Shown piece after piece: positions 54,827 through 64,000 of a stretch of DNA of 64,000 nt (its first letter is position 1; each line of letters starts with the position of its first letter). The DNA comes from Clostridia bacterium. GTDB taxonomy: Bacteria; Bacillota; Clostridia; UBA1212; DUPL01. The position numbers were made by a program, and so were the translations under genes. The stretch spans positions 32,001-96,000 of the forward strand of contig JBMNIW010000008.1 of the NCBI GenBank assembly GCA_050951325.1. The letters are read 5' to 3'. The notes beneath the pieces are model-generated. The model worked only from the letters and a program-made list of their open reading frames with translations, made no database searches and was not told the DNA's origin.

Positions 54827-55691
54827 ATCGGTAATGCCTGATATGAGAAATGTCGTTTTCATTAAGTGCATTAAATACACTTTTACAGTAAATCGTTATG
54901 GCATTATTCACAAAATGCCTCTTACCATCTATTACAACTTCCTTGTTTAGAACATCGACCAATTCTTGCTTGTCTTTTTTTGTAAACTCTTTTAAGTCCA
55001 TCCAGTAAACCTCCCTGTCAACTAGTATTCTATATGGTTCCATCAAGTCTGATGCCAGGTTAAAACTATTAAACATGCTATCGTGAAATATTCCGATTTG
55101 AGTGAGATAGCCATTTGCTGTGATTTCCCTATTAAAAGCAGAAAGAAGAATTGTGTAACCATAGTTCAATGCAGCATTAATATTGTTTTCTTCTGTTCTG
55201 GTGAAATTATGTCCAAACAACGCATTAAAATAAACTTTAGCGGCAAATCCTTCTCTATTGGTCGCATCATCAAATTCCAGTTCATTCAAGTATGATTCCA
55301 AAAGTTCTGCTTCAGTTTTTCGAGACAACTCTCTTAAAAAACACATTTGGTTATAGATTTTTTCTCTCACTACTTCCGTCCACACAAATTTTTTAGTATT
55401 ACAATCCCAATTTATCTGATTCTTTATTTTTGCGGAACAATCGTGGGAACCGTAATATGAAATTAATTCTGATTGTGGATTTCTTTTTTCATCACAAAAG
55501 ATAACTTTTATTTTCCTTTTTATTAATTCAGACAACAGGTATGCCGTTAAAGACACACCTGTATTCTCAATTATCAATGTAGAAATCTCGTTTAGGTATA
55601 TTTTGGATGTTTCCTCTCTTCGAATTATCAAATAATTCATTTTGTAATCCAGTTTAGCTCTGCTGGAGATAATTACTGTTCGCCAACTCAT
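54816..55691 (-). CDS. cas1: CRISPR-associated Cas1 (type II)
   Basis: [35 protein letters not shown]. Confidence 0.97.
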   Translation of the reverse strand: MSWRTVIISSRAKLDYKMNYLIIRREETSKIYLNEISTLIIENTGVSLTAYLLSELIKRKIKVIFCDEKRNPQSELISYYGSHDCSAKIKNQINWDCNTKKFVWTEVVREKIYNQMCFLRELSRKTEAELLESYLNELEFDDATNREGFAAKVYFNALFGHNFTRTEENNINAALNYGYTILLSAFNREITANGYLTQIGIFHDSMFNSFNLASDLMEPYRILVDREVYWMDLKEFTKKDKQELVDVLNKEVVIDGKRHFVNNAITIYCKSVFNALNENDISHIRHYRYEL

Positions 55692-58600
55692 TTCAGCAAG
55701 TTCACCTTCTTTTGAAATAAGCCGGTTACAGACTGGTTGATGATATACGCAGTGCTAAACTCAGAAATTTTATTTGGCATCAAAAATATAACAGTATTCT
55801 TACTTCCTCCAATCAACTCAAGATTTGATTTTACTACACTACACTTGAACAGACTCAAAATCTGTCCCAATGCTTTACATTGAGCCTCAAGTGTCAAATC
55901 CACAAATAGCTGTCTTCCTTCTTTTAGTTTTTCAAAAGGAACTCGGTACATATACTTTTGATTGTACATGTCATTACCCGTTATACTAGCAAGCCTATCA
56001 TATAGTTTCACATTTTCATCCGCAGTAATATGATCATATGGCGTTATTCTTATATCCCTTTTTGCCTCACTCGCTTTTTTCAAAAAATTATATATTTTCT
56101 TCACATATTCTTCCTCTTCCGGCTTCAAAGTTAGTTGTACCCCGTTTTTATAGGTTAATCTGTTCCCTGTCCGCCCAGAAAGATGCAAATAGTATCCATT
56201 AATACAAAACAACGTATTTACCTTAATTTTAGGTATGATTATTCGAGGATTAATCAACCCTTGGTCAATCAAATATGCAGTCATCTTGCCTTTATCTGAC
56301 TCCAATTGCTTTTTCAATACTAGAGGAACATACTCAATCGAACGAACTCTTTTGTTCTCCTTGCCATGCTCTACAAGCACATAATATGCCCCCGTTAGCT
56401 TGTTGTATCCACCATATTGGGCTATTTTATCAGTGTTCTTGCTAAGTCTAAAATCTCCTCCTTTCAACGGGAATTGCCCACTACCTTTCTTTACAGGCTG
56501 AGAGTCAAAATATTCACCTTTGCTTTCATAAGAATGCCTCGTAAATTGTATATTATTTGTGTTGTATGTATCATGTACCGTTTTGATAGTTCCTTCTGGT
56601 CCTGCTTTCCACGCACAATATTCATTTCGTATAACATCATAGTCATACAAAGTATTAAATGAATAATTCCTCTTAGACTTTTTTACAAAGTTTATTGGAT
56701 CATGCGTAAACTTCACATTATACACATTGCCAACAACTATATTAAGATACGCATCTTTAGCATGATGAAAATCGTTAAGCTCACGTACTTTATAAAAATA
56801 ATACTTGTTTTTCTCATCCTTATTAAATATATTTCTGAAATCATTTACCAACATAGCCTTTGTGTAAACAACTTCAGTAGACTTTCCAAAAATACTTTTT
56901 AAAATGTTAGCAACGGCTTTAGTAGATTGTCTTACTTCGACAAGCTGCCTTGCAATAAACCCTGCCAACTCTTCGTCGGTCAATTCCGTTTTTCTAATCA
57001 ATCTTTCATATTTATTCTTCCCCATAAACCCTTTATCATACAGCATCTTCCAGTATGTTTTATTTTTCTTCTGCCATTCGTGATCGATTGGGTACTTGTC
57101 ACCTTTTATTGCGTTATATACTTTTTTGACGAGAACTCTGTTTGCTAAACTGTCATCCTTAATATATCGCTGAGGGTAAATATGATCAATGTCATATGTA
57201 TCAGTAAATAGCTCATCAATAGGAATTGGCTCACCGGAATACATGCACCTGCCCATCTGGATATAATAAAGAAATAGTTTATCCTGTCGCAGCCTATTAT
57301 CATCATATCCTTCAAGTTCTGCTATCCAATCCCTTGAATCATTCTCGATTGCCTTATATAATTCTAAAAGCTGCTCTTTTCTTGATTTTGTCCTAACTTT
57401 TTCCCCTGGCTCACGAGCAACCTCAATAAAGACTTTTTTCGGATCACTTTTCATAATTTTTCGTATTTCATCAACAATTAATAAAGCCTGCCAAATGCCT
57501 CGTTTAATTTTAGGGGATACATATAACTCCTCCACCAAAGCATAATCAATTCTCCCACTAAAATCTGGAAGTTCTTCTCTATTTATCCTAATAACCTCTT
57601 TATAGAAATCATATTTTTTGCTTAACAGTTCGTTAAGGTTGTTGTTTGTATTTCTCAAACCAGAAATAATATTAAAATATTCTCCTGTTTCCTTGTCTAC
57701 AGAGTATATTTCCGTAAGAAACTCCCTTGATAGTCTTCCCCAACCAGAATACTTTGTTGATAATGTCATTATTCTATCTATTTCATTATCACTCAGTTTA
57801 TCTTTATATGTTTTTGTTATTTTTGCTCTCAAAATCTTCTTGTCTTGACCAAACAAAACAATCCATCGAATAATATTTTCAATCATTTCTGTATCATTTA
57901 CCTGGTCCCCCAACAACCTAGAAAAATCAATGTAGGACGTCAAAGATACATTGAAGTCACCATCTATCCCGGTGATAACCGCATCCTTTTCTATTACGCC
58001 TTCAATTTCTAAAAACTCTCTTAATCTCTTTAGGGTTACCTTATAGTATTTTTTGAAAAGTCTGTCTATTATTCTGTATTTAAGTTCAACAGATATTTTT
58101 TCTCCATTAATCCTCAAATTGTTAAGTTGGTTCAATACCATAAACTCACTATATAGCATCGAATGTTTTGGTATTACGTTCTTGCTTTCTAAATATGTAC
58201 ATTTACTAGTCATTCTCGAAATAAACTTCTCTGCGCTTGCCTCAATATCAACCACACTATCAAAATTCCAGGGAGTAATTCGTTCTCTAGATTTTTTTAC
58301 CACCCAGCAATTACCACCATATCCATCATTTACTTTGTGTGCATCATTAATTGGACCAACATAATAAGGTATTCTGAAGGTCATTATTTTTATAATCTTC
58401 TCTTTATTAGTGAATCCAGTCTCGTCCTTGAAATTTAAAAAATCGAGATACTTGGATGCATTCTCTAATATTCTCTCCAACTCTTCCAAGTGTAGCTGAT
58501 ATGGCAAGATAGTGTTATCTTTAATCTTTTGCTTTGGCAAAAATGTCTGGGTCTCAATTTCAGTGAGGATATAATCAACATCTTTGTCTTCAAGATTTTT

Positions 58601-59761
58601 CCTTTTATTTAATATTCCTTTTATGTATTTATAGAATTCTTCTCTTGTACACTTTTTTAGCACAGGAATCTTTCTCTTGTTTTTCATGCACAAATCCACA
58701 TAAGAACAGTAATTTCCATGAATGTTTGGAGCATTGAATATTTCATCATATTTTTCGGGATAATGTTTTTTAATTACTTTTTTCAATAGTTTCAAATCAG
58801 TCTTATGTTTCTCATAATCAGCAACTTTAGCTTCTGATAAATACGTATACTTTTTCTTCAAATCAGACAGCATTGACCAGTCATACAACTGCTTTGCCGC
58901 TATGATTAAGTCTGCTTTATTATCTAATATCATTGTAAGATTATCCAAATCCTCTTCTGTAAAGTTGTCGGTAATCTTTAGCTTATTCATATTGCTTTCC
59001 ACAAGAGAATCATCATCATACAGTACAGACAAGGTAACTGTACCACCAGCAAGCAAGTTCACAATTTCCTTACCCGTTGCATTCTGAGAAGGCAATAATT
59101 CCGAAAGTTGCTTTTTCTTATCGTTTACTGATAGCCTCTTACTGCTCATTATCTCAGACAGCGCATCCAGATCCTTGCATTCAATATCGATATCAAGAGC
59201 TTCTTTGACTTTCTCTACAAACATATCAAAAGGAACAGAAAACGAATCAAACGAATTAATAGTAGTACCTTCAAATAAAAAATGGCCCCTTTTCTTGATA
59301 ATATGATGTAATGCCAGATACACTAGACGTACATCAAACCTCTTTCCATCTTCCAGTAATGCCTTCCTGAGATGATATATTGTTGGATACAGTTTATGAA
59401 AGTCCTTGTCCTTAAAATCACTATCATTAAATAATGTATTGGTTTGCTGTTCATGCTTGTCCTCTATGTAATACTTGCTGTCTTCCAATCTTTGAAAAAA
59501 ACCAGAATCCACATTGTAAATCTTTTCTGCAAAAATATCCTGAAGAAGGTTGATTCTTTGTCTTCTCCTCTTAAGTCTTCTCCTGCCTGCCCTGGCAGTC
59601 CTTCTTACTTCTGCAGTATTACCGCTGTCAAACAAGCGCACACCCCACATTGACTTTCCGTTAAAGCGCAAGATATTATAATTCAGATCTGTAACAGCCC
59701 AACCTACCGAATCAGTGCCAATATCAAGTCCTAAAAAGTAATCACCAAAATTTTTTTCCAT
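55688..59761 (-). CDS. cas9: Type II-A Cas9, 1357 aa, catalytic motifs intact
   Basis: RuvC-I GLDIGTDSVGWA, Arg-rich bridge helix, PYYVGP, RuvC-II IEVAR, HNH DIDHIYPQ, RuvC-III HHAKDAYL. Confidence 0.98.
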   Translation of the reverse strand: MEKNFGDYFLGLDIGTDSVGWAVTDLNYNILRFNGKSMWGVRLFDSGNTAEVRRTARAGRRRLKRRRQRINLLQDIFAEKIYNVDSGFFQRLEDSKYYIEDKHEQQTNTLFNDSDFKDKDFHKLYPTIYHLRKALLEDGKRFDVRLVYLALHHIIKKRGHFLFEGTTINSFDSFSVPFDMFVEKVKEALDIDIECKDLDALSEIMSSKRLSVNDKKKQLSELLPSQNATGKEIVNLLAGGTVTLSVLYDDDSLVESNMNKLKITDNFTEEDLDNLTMILDNKADLIIAAKQLYDWSMLSDLKKKYTYLSEAKVADYEKHKTDLKLLKKVIKKHYPEKYDEIFNAPNIHGNYCSYVDLCMKNKRKIPVLKKCTREEFYKYIKGILNKRKNLEDKDVDYILTEIETQTFLPKQKIKDNTILPYQLHLEELERILENASKYLDFLNFKDETGFTNKEKIIKIMTFRIPYYVGPINDAHKVNDGYGGNCWVVKKSRERITPWNFDSVVDIEASAEKFISRMTSKCTYLESKNVIPKHSMLYSEFMVLNQLNNLRINGEKISVELKYRIIDRLFKKYYKVTLKRLREFLEIEGVIEKDAVITGIDGDFNVSLTSYIDFSRLLGDQVNDTEMIENIIRWIVLFGQDKKILRAKITKTYKDKLSDNEIDRIMTLSTKYSGWGRLSREFLTEIYSVDKETGEYFNIISGLRNTNNNLNELLSKKYDFYKEVIRINREELPDFSGRIDYALVEELYVSPKIKRGIWQALLIVDEIRKIMKSDPKKVFIEVAREPGEKVRTKSRKEQLLELYKAIENDSRDWIAELEGYDDNRLRQDKLFLYYIQMGRCMYSGEPIPIDELFTDTYDIDHIYPQRYIKDDSLANRVLVKKVYNAIKGDKYPIDHEWQKKNKTYWKMLYDKGFMGKNKYERLIRKTELTDEELAGFIARQLVEVRQSTKAVANILKSIFGKSTEVVYTKAMLVNDFRNIFNKDEKNKYYFYKVRELNDFHHAKDAYLNIVVGNVYNVKFTHDPINFVKKSKRNYSFNTLYDYDVIRNEYCAWKAGPEGTIKTVHDTYNTNNIQFTRHSYESKGEYFDSQPVKKGSGQFPLKGGDFRLSKNTDKIAQYGGYNKLTGAYYVLVEHGKENKRVRSIEYVPLVLKKQLESDKGKMTAYLIDQGLINPRIIIPKIKVNTLFCINGYYLHLSGRTGNRLTYKNGVQLTLKPEEEEYVKKIYNFLKKASEAKRDIRITPYDHITADENVKLYDRLASITGNDMYNQKYMYRVPFEKLKEGRQLFVDLTLEAQCKALGQILSLFKCSVVKSNLELIGGSKNTVIFLMPNKISEFSTAYIINQSVTGLFQKKVNLLK

Positions 59762-59762
59762 G

Positions 59763-59791
59763 TTGACAACTCCCTTTTTATATGCTATTAT
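59763..59791 (+). promoter_or_regulatory. Putative tracrRNA promoter
   Basis: TTGACA-17-TATTAT with extended TG; overlaps the cas9 RBS region. Confidence 0.7.
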
Positions 59792-59796
59792 GTAGA

Positions 59797-59890
59797 TACA
59801 CTACAAGTTCAAATAACAATTAATTGTAAACGTCTTAATGACTCCACAGATGTGTGGGAGAAAAACTTGCCTCGTGCAAGTTTTTTCTTT
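59797..59890 (+). ncRNA. tracrRNA
   Basis: UACACUAC-AAG-UUCAAAU pairs with repeat GUUUGAG-A-GUAGUGUA; followed by small hairpins and terminator AAAAACTTGC/GCAAGTTTTTT. Confidence 0.85.
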
Positions 59891-59915
59891 TATAAATCTT
59901 CATAAGCTTGAAATT

Positions 59916-59944
59916 ATTATAACAGTCCTTTCCAGTTTGTGCAA
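59916..59944 (-). promoter_or_regulatory. Putative cas operon promoter
   Basis: TTGCAC-17-TATAAT with extended TG. Confidence 0.65.
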
Positions 59945-59988
59945 GACTTGAGAAATGATAAAGAGCATCCTCTCAGATGCCCTATACG

Positions 59989-60201
59989 TTACCTCAACGG
60001 TTCTACACTTTTATTTCCTACCTTGGCTTTGCCCGGAGTTTCTTTTGCTTGTTTTGATTTGCCTTTCTCCTGGGATATGGGTATTCCTTTAATCATAATA
60101 ATTAGATATCATCAGGCTTGTCTTGCTTTTTCTTGCTCTTGTTCTGCTTGTTATCCGACCTGCCTGGAGTCTTTTCATTTTGCACTTGTCTTTTACTCCA
60201 A
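59989..60201 (-). CDS. Small basic putative spore peptide(s); two short ORFs or one gene broken by indels
   Basis: GAGGTGA RBS; ORFs 60185-60102 (QNEKTPGRSDNKQNKSKKKQDKPDDI) and 60096-59989 (MIKGIPISQEKGKSKQAKETPGKAKVGNKSVEPLR); hairpin GGGCATC/GATGCTC downstream. Confidence 0.45.
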
Positions 60202-60219
60202 ATTTATCACCTCGGGATC

Positions 60220-60249
60220 TATTATGCAAGTCATTTAAAATAATTATGC
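60220..60249 (-). promoter_or_regulatory. Putative sigma-G promoter
   Basis: GCATA-18 nt-CATAATA. Confidence 0.65.
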
Positions 60250-60300
60250 ATATTAACTGGAAATTGTTCTAAACATGATATATAATTATGCCAAAAATGA

Positions 60301-62057
60301 ATGGAAAGGAAAATCAAAATGAACATTTATGAAGAAAACCTGAATGCGAACTATCATAATTATACATTTGGACCTTATCTGGCCACAGACGATTTGGGAA
60401 GGTCATTGCCAACGAGTGACGAAACCGGCCCCCAGAGAAAGAACAGACATGTCGGCATGTTCTATTTCCTCTGGAACGGTGTGCATGTAGGAGATAAAAG
60501 GCCACTTGACATATCAAAAATAATTGCGGCATATCCAAAAGCAGGCTACTACCCTGATATGGATATCTGGGGAGCATACTCAGTCATGCACCACTGGGGA
60601 GAGCCTCTCTATGGATACTACTATACCGAGGATGAGTGGGTAATGAGAAAACATATAGAAATGCTGACCATTGCCGATATAGACTTCCTTGTTTTCGATA
60701 CAACCAATGCCGTAATATATGAAAGAAACGCAAAGCTGATGATGAGACTATTAAACGAGTACAGACAGGCAGGTTGGAATACTCCAAAAGTCGTATTCTA
60801 CACAAACACCCGCTCTGGCTATTCAGCCCAGCTCATTTATGACGCTATATACAAAGTAGACTTCATGCCTGACACATGGTTCTATCTTGATGGCAAGCCA
60901 TTAATAATCGCAAAAGAAGACGAGTGTTCGGAAGAAGTAAGAAATCTCTTCACAATACGCGCTTCCCAGTGGCCAAACGAGCCTACCAAGCTTAATGGCT
61001 GGCCTTGGATGGATTTTGAAAGACCACAAAGAGTGCTGAAAAATCACAGAGGCGAAGATGAAATCATAAATGTGTCAGTTGCCCAGCATCCACAAATAAG
61101 GTTTGGCGACTCTGCCTTGTATGGAGAAGAATCAAACCGCGGCAGATCCTATCACAACGGTGCAAATGACAAATCAGAAGGTGCGTATAAATATGGATAC
61201 AACTTTGCAGAACAATGGGAACGTGCCCTTGAAACAGATCCACCATATGTTTTTGTAACCGGCTGGAATGAATGGATTGCAGGAAGATGGCAGGGAACCG
61301 CTGAAAGACCACTGAACTTTGTTGACTGTGCAGACATTGAGTTCTCGCGAGACATAGAACCAATGAAAGGCGGATACTTTGACAACTACTACATGCAGCT
61401 AATATACTACGTCCGCAAGTACAAAGGCACCCAGCCAATAATCAGGCAGGAGGAAATGGAGACAGCCAGCGTTGCAGACTGCTTTGCCCGTTTCAACCGC
61501 AGCAAGGTTGTATACAGAGACTTCCCCAAAGGTGCTATGAGCAGAAACTGCAAAGGTTACGATACGGTATATACGAACAACACCGGAAGGAATGAAGTAA
61601 TCGAATCCAGAGTTCTGCATGACGAGCACAAAATATACTTTTATGCAAAAACCTCGGCACCTATTGAGAGATACGATTATCAGAGTGCACCTGGATGAAC
61701 CTGTTCCTTAACGTTAACGAAGGCAAAAACGACGACAAACGTTTCCACGGATACAACTATCTGGTAAATTCATATCAGTACTCAGAAACCAAGACATCGC
61801 TCTCCAGGTGTACGGAAGATGTCAAGGTAATGAATCCAGATACATTCAAGATATGCGGAATGCTGGATTTCAAATTTGATGGTAATGAAATAATGATTGA
61901 GATACCAAAGTATGCCATAGGTATTGAACCTGGTTCAAAGTTCAGGATACTGTTCAAATGGGTTGATTCAAGAACGGAAATATACCGTATTGAACAGTTC
62001 TACACTGATGGAGACTGTGCTCCAATAGGCCGTTTGAACTATGTGTTTGAAAATTAA
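60301..62057 (+). CDS. Putative glycoside hydrolase (GH71/99-like), split at ~61687 into two ORFs
   Basis: TDDLGR.LP, VGMFYFLW, HHWGEPLYGYY, DTTN, VTGWNEW, SRDIEP; frames rejoin as ..TWMNLFLN if 2 nt are removed. Confidence 0.65.
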
Positions 62058-62078
62058 CATTTTGTTTACAACTCGCTA

Positions 62079-62107
62079 TTGACATCGCTTTAGCACAAAT
62101 ATATAAT
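62079..62107 (+). promoter_or_regulatory. Sigma-A promoter
   Basis: Perfect TTGACA-17-TATAAT. Confidence 0.85.
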
Positions 62108-62122
62108 AGTCCGAAACCGCAT

Positions 62123-62361
62123 AAAAAGCTGTGAAGGAGACCTGCAGTAGTACAGAGCCCACAGAGAGCCGATGGTTGGTGGAAATCGGCGGTAATCATA
62201 CTATAAGCATATCCCTCCTGAGCTGGTACGCCGAACGACTTTGGTCCAGTAAGTGTTATCCGGAAGGCTCCGTTACAAGCCAGGATTTTGTTGAATCTGT
62301 ACTTTTGAGTGGTTACGGTAGAAGCTTATATTCTCCGTCTCAAAAAGAGACGGATTTTTTT
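62123..62361 (+). promoter_or_regulatory. T-box riboswitch leader
   Basis: GA-motif stem GCTGTGAAGGAG/CTCCTGAGC, AGTA, AGAGA, GGTGGAA loop, second AGTA, CCGTTA box, GAGTGG T-box, terminator TCCGTCTC/GAGACGGA plus T-run. Confidence 0.85.
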
Positions 62362-62447
62362 GTACACAAAAATTCGAAATTCAAGACTATAGATTCCAAC
62401 AAAATCCCACAAAATAAATGAATAAATATTGAAAGGATGAAAATTGA

Positions 62448-64000
62448 ATGGCACTTTACAAAAGTTACGTAAACAGAACCGAATTCAAAGACTATGATGA
62501 TTTAAAACAGAACCTTGAAATCAAAGTACCCGACAATTTTAATTTTGCCTATGATGTACTGGATGCATTGGCAGAAACAAATCCGGATGGCGAAGCACTT
62601 GTCTGGTGCAACCACAAAGGCCATGAAAGAATTTTTACCTTCAAGGAGATGCAGGAGCTGACAAACAAGACAGCTAATTACCTGACTCGCATGGGAATAA
62701 CAAAAGGCGATCCTGTTATGCTGATACTGAAAAGACACTATCAGTTCTGGTACATTCTAATGGCGTTACACAAGATAGGAGCAGTTGCAGTACCCGCAAC
62801 CCACCTTCTTACACCAAAGGACATCGTCTATAGAAACAACAGGGCGGATATAAAATGCATAATCTGCACATCCGACGAAGGAGTATGCGAGCATGTGGAT
62901 GAAGCTGAAAACGACTCCCCCACTCTGAAACTAAAGATGTTTGCAGGTGGACTCGGCAACAAGGAAATAGACGGCTGGTATGACCTGGATGCAGAAATAG
63001 AAAAGGAATCGGATGTGTTTGAAAGACCAACCGGAGACAAGGCAACAACAAACGATGACATGATGATACTCTACTTCACATCCGGCACAACAGGTCACCC
63101 AAAAATGGTAGCCCATGATTTTACCTATCCTTTAGGACACATAATTACTGCAATACACTGGCATCGTGTGAAAAAAGGAGGACTCCACCTTACAATTGCG
63201 GAAACAGGATGGGCAAAGGCTGTCTGGGGAAAGATGTACGGTCAATGGCTTGGAGAAAGTGCGATTTTTGTATATGATATGGAAAAATTCATACCAACCG
63301 AAATCCTTTCAATAATGGAAAAATATAAGCTGACCACCTTCTGCGCGCCACCAACGATGTACAGATTCTTCATAAAAGAAGATTTGTCGGCATATGATTT
63401 GTCATCTCTTGAAGAGTTGACTGTTGCAGGTGAAGCACTGAACCCGGAGGTATACAACCAAATCAAGAAAGCTACAGGCATAACAATGAGAGAATGTTAC
63501 GGTCAAACGGAAGTTGTAGCCTTGGTGGGCAACTTCAAAGGAATGGAGATAAAACCAGGCTCCATGGGAAAACCCTCACCCTGCTACGACGTTGACATAG
63601 TAAACGACAACAACGAGTCCTGTCTGCCCGGCGAAATTGGAGAAATAGTGATAAACACTTCAAAGGGACGTCCAGTGGGAATGTTCAGAGGCTATTACAG
63701 AGACGAAGAAACAACCAACAAAGCTTGGAACAACAACATCTATCACACCGGCGACCTGGCGTACAAGGACGAAAGTGGATACTTCTGGTACGTCGGTAGA
63801 AAAGATGACGTAATAAAAAGTTCCGGATACAAGATAGGACCCTTTGAAGTTGAATCAGCCCTTATGGAACACCCTGCAGTGCTTGAATGTGCCATAACAG
63901 GAGTTCCCGACGAAATCAGAGGCCAGGTAGTCAAGGCAACAATCGTTCTGGCAAGAGGATACACACCTTCAGACGAACTTGCCAAGGAACTTCAGGACCA
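62448..64000 (+). CDS. AMP-forming acyl-CoA synthetase (partial; runs off window end)
   Basis: Not in ORF track; MALYKSYVNRTEF..VPDNFNFAYD, YFTSGTTGHPK, YGQTE, KPGSMGKP, YHTGD, GRKDDVIKSSGY.IGPFEVES. Confidence 0.92.
   Translation, partial: MALYKSYVNRTEFKDYDDLKQNLEIKVPDNFNFAYDVLDALAETNPDGEALVWCNHKGHERIFTFKEMQELTNKTANYLTRMGITKGDPVMLILKRHYQFWYILMALHKIGAVAVPATHLLTPKDIVYRNNRADIKCIICTSDEGVCEHVDEAENDSPTLKLKMFAGGLGNKEIDGWYDLDAEIEKESDVFERPTGDKATTNDDMMILYFTSGTTGHPKMVAHDFTYPLGHIITAIHWHRVKKGGLHLTIAETGWAKAVWGKMYGQWLGESAIFVYDMEKFIPTEILSIMEKYKLTTFCAPPTMYRFFIKEDLSAYDLSSLEELTVAGEALNPEVYNQIKKATGITMRECYGQTEVVALVGNFKGMEIKPGSMGKPSPCYDVDIVNDNNESCLPGEIGEIVINTSKGRPVGMFRGYYRDEETTNKAWNNNIYHTGDLAYKDESGYFWYVGRKDDVIKSSGYKIGPFEVESALMEHPAVLECAITGVPDEIRGQVVKATIVLARGYTPSDELAKELQD

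Noticed and set aside
59939-60238. 99-aa plus-strand ORF upstream of cas9 as an accessory cas gene
   Set aside because: No RBS; antisense shadow of the minus-strand unit that has promoter, RBS and terminator
62218-62220. CUG (Leu) as T-box specifier
   Set aside because: Lies in CUCCUGAGC, which pairs with GCUGUGAAGGAG at the stem I base (GA motif), not in the specifier loop
62131-62421. 96-aa ORF
   Set aside because: Coincides with the T-box leader RNA

Overview
Chromosomal window from a spore-forming anaerobic Clostridia-like Firmicute. 1-21.2 kb is a long minus-strand housekeeping/sporulation run: secreted protein, sugar-phosphate isomerase, prfB with its programmed frameshift, rnr, secG, pgk-tpiA fusion, addB without addA, yhaM, deoB, recO-era-ybeY-phoH-yqfD-yqfC-pdaA and two DUF881 genes. 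21.3-50 kb holds htpG, mscL, two tandem CotH-kinase/RCC1 lipoproteins, desulfoferrodoxin, chromate transporters, NrdR-boxed nrdDG, a speD-speA-speE-speB polyamine operon, trxA/HDG/Maf, a LysM-GH18 spore protein and PFOR. 50.9-59.9 kb is a complete type II-A CRISPR-Cas locus (cas9-cas1-cas2-csn2; 44 identical 36-nt repeats) abutting a truncated AraC gene. The most notable points are (i) a tracrRNA with a very short anti-repeat whose promoter seems built from the decayed distal anti-repeat and which lies antisense inside the cas9 5' leader, (ii) spacers of 14-39 nt in which neighbours look like blends of each other, probably a consensus artefact, (iii) a T-box leader in front of an acyl-CoA synthetase, and (iv) unannotated sigma-G-type small ORFs. 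Several 1-2 nt insertions in conserved genes point to an error-prone long-read consensus. All calls are from reading the sequence; no database searches were run.
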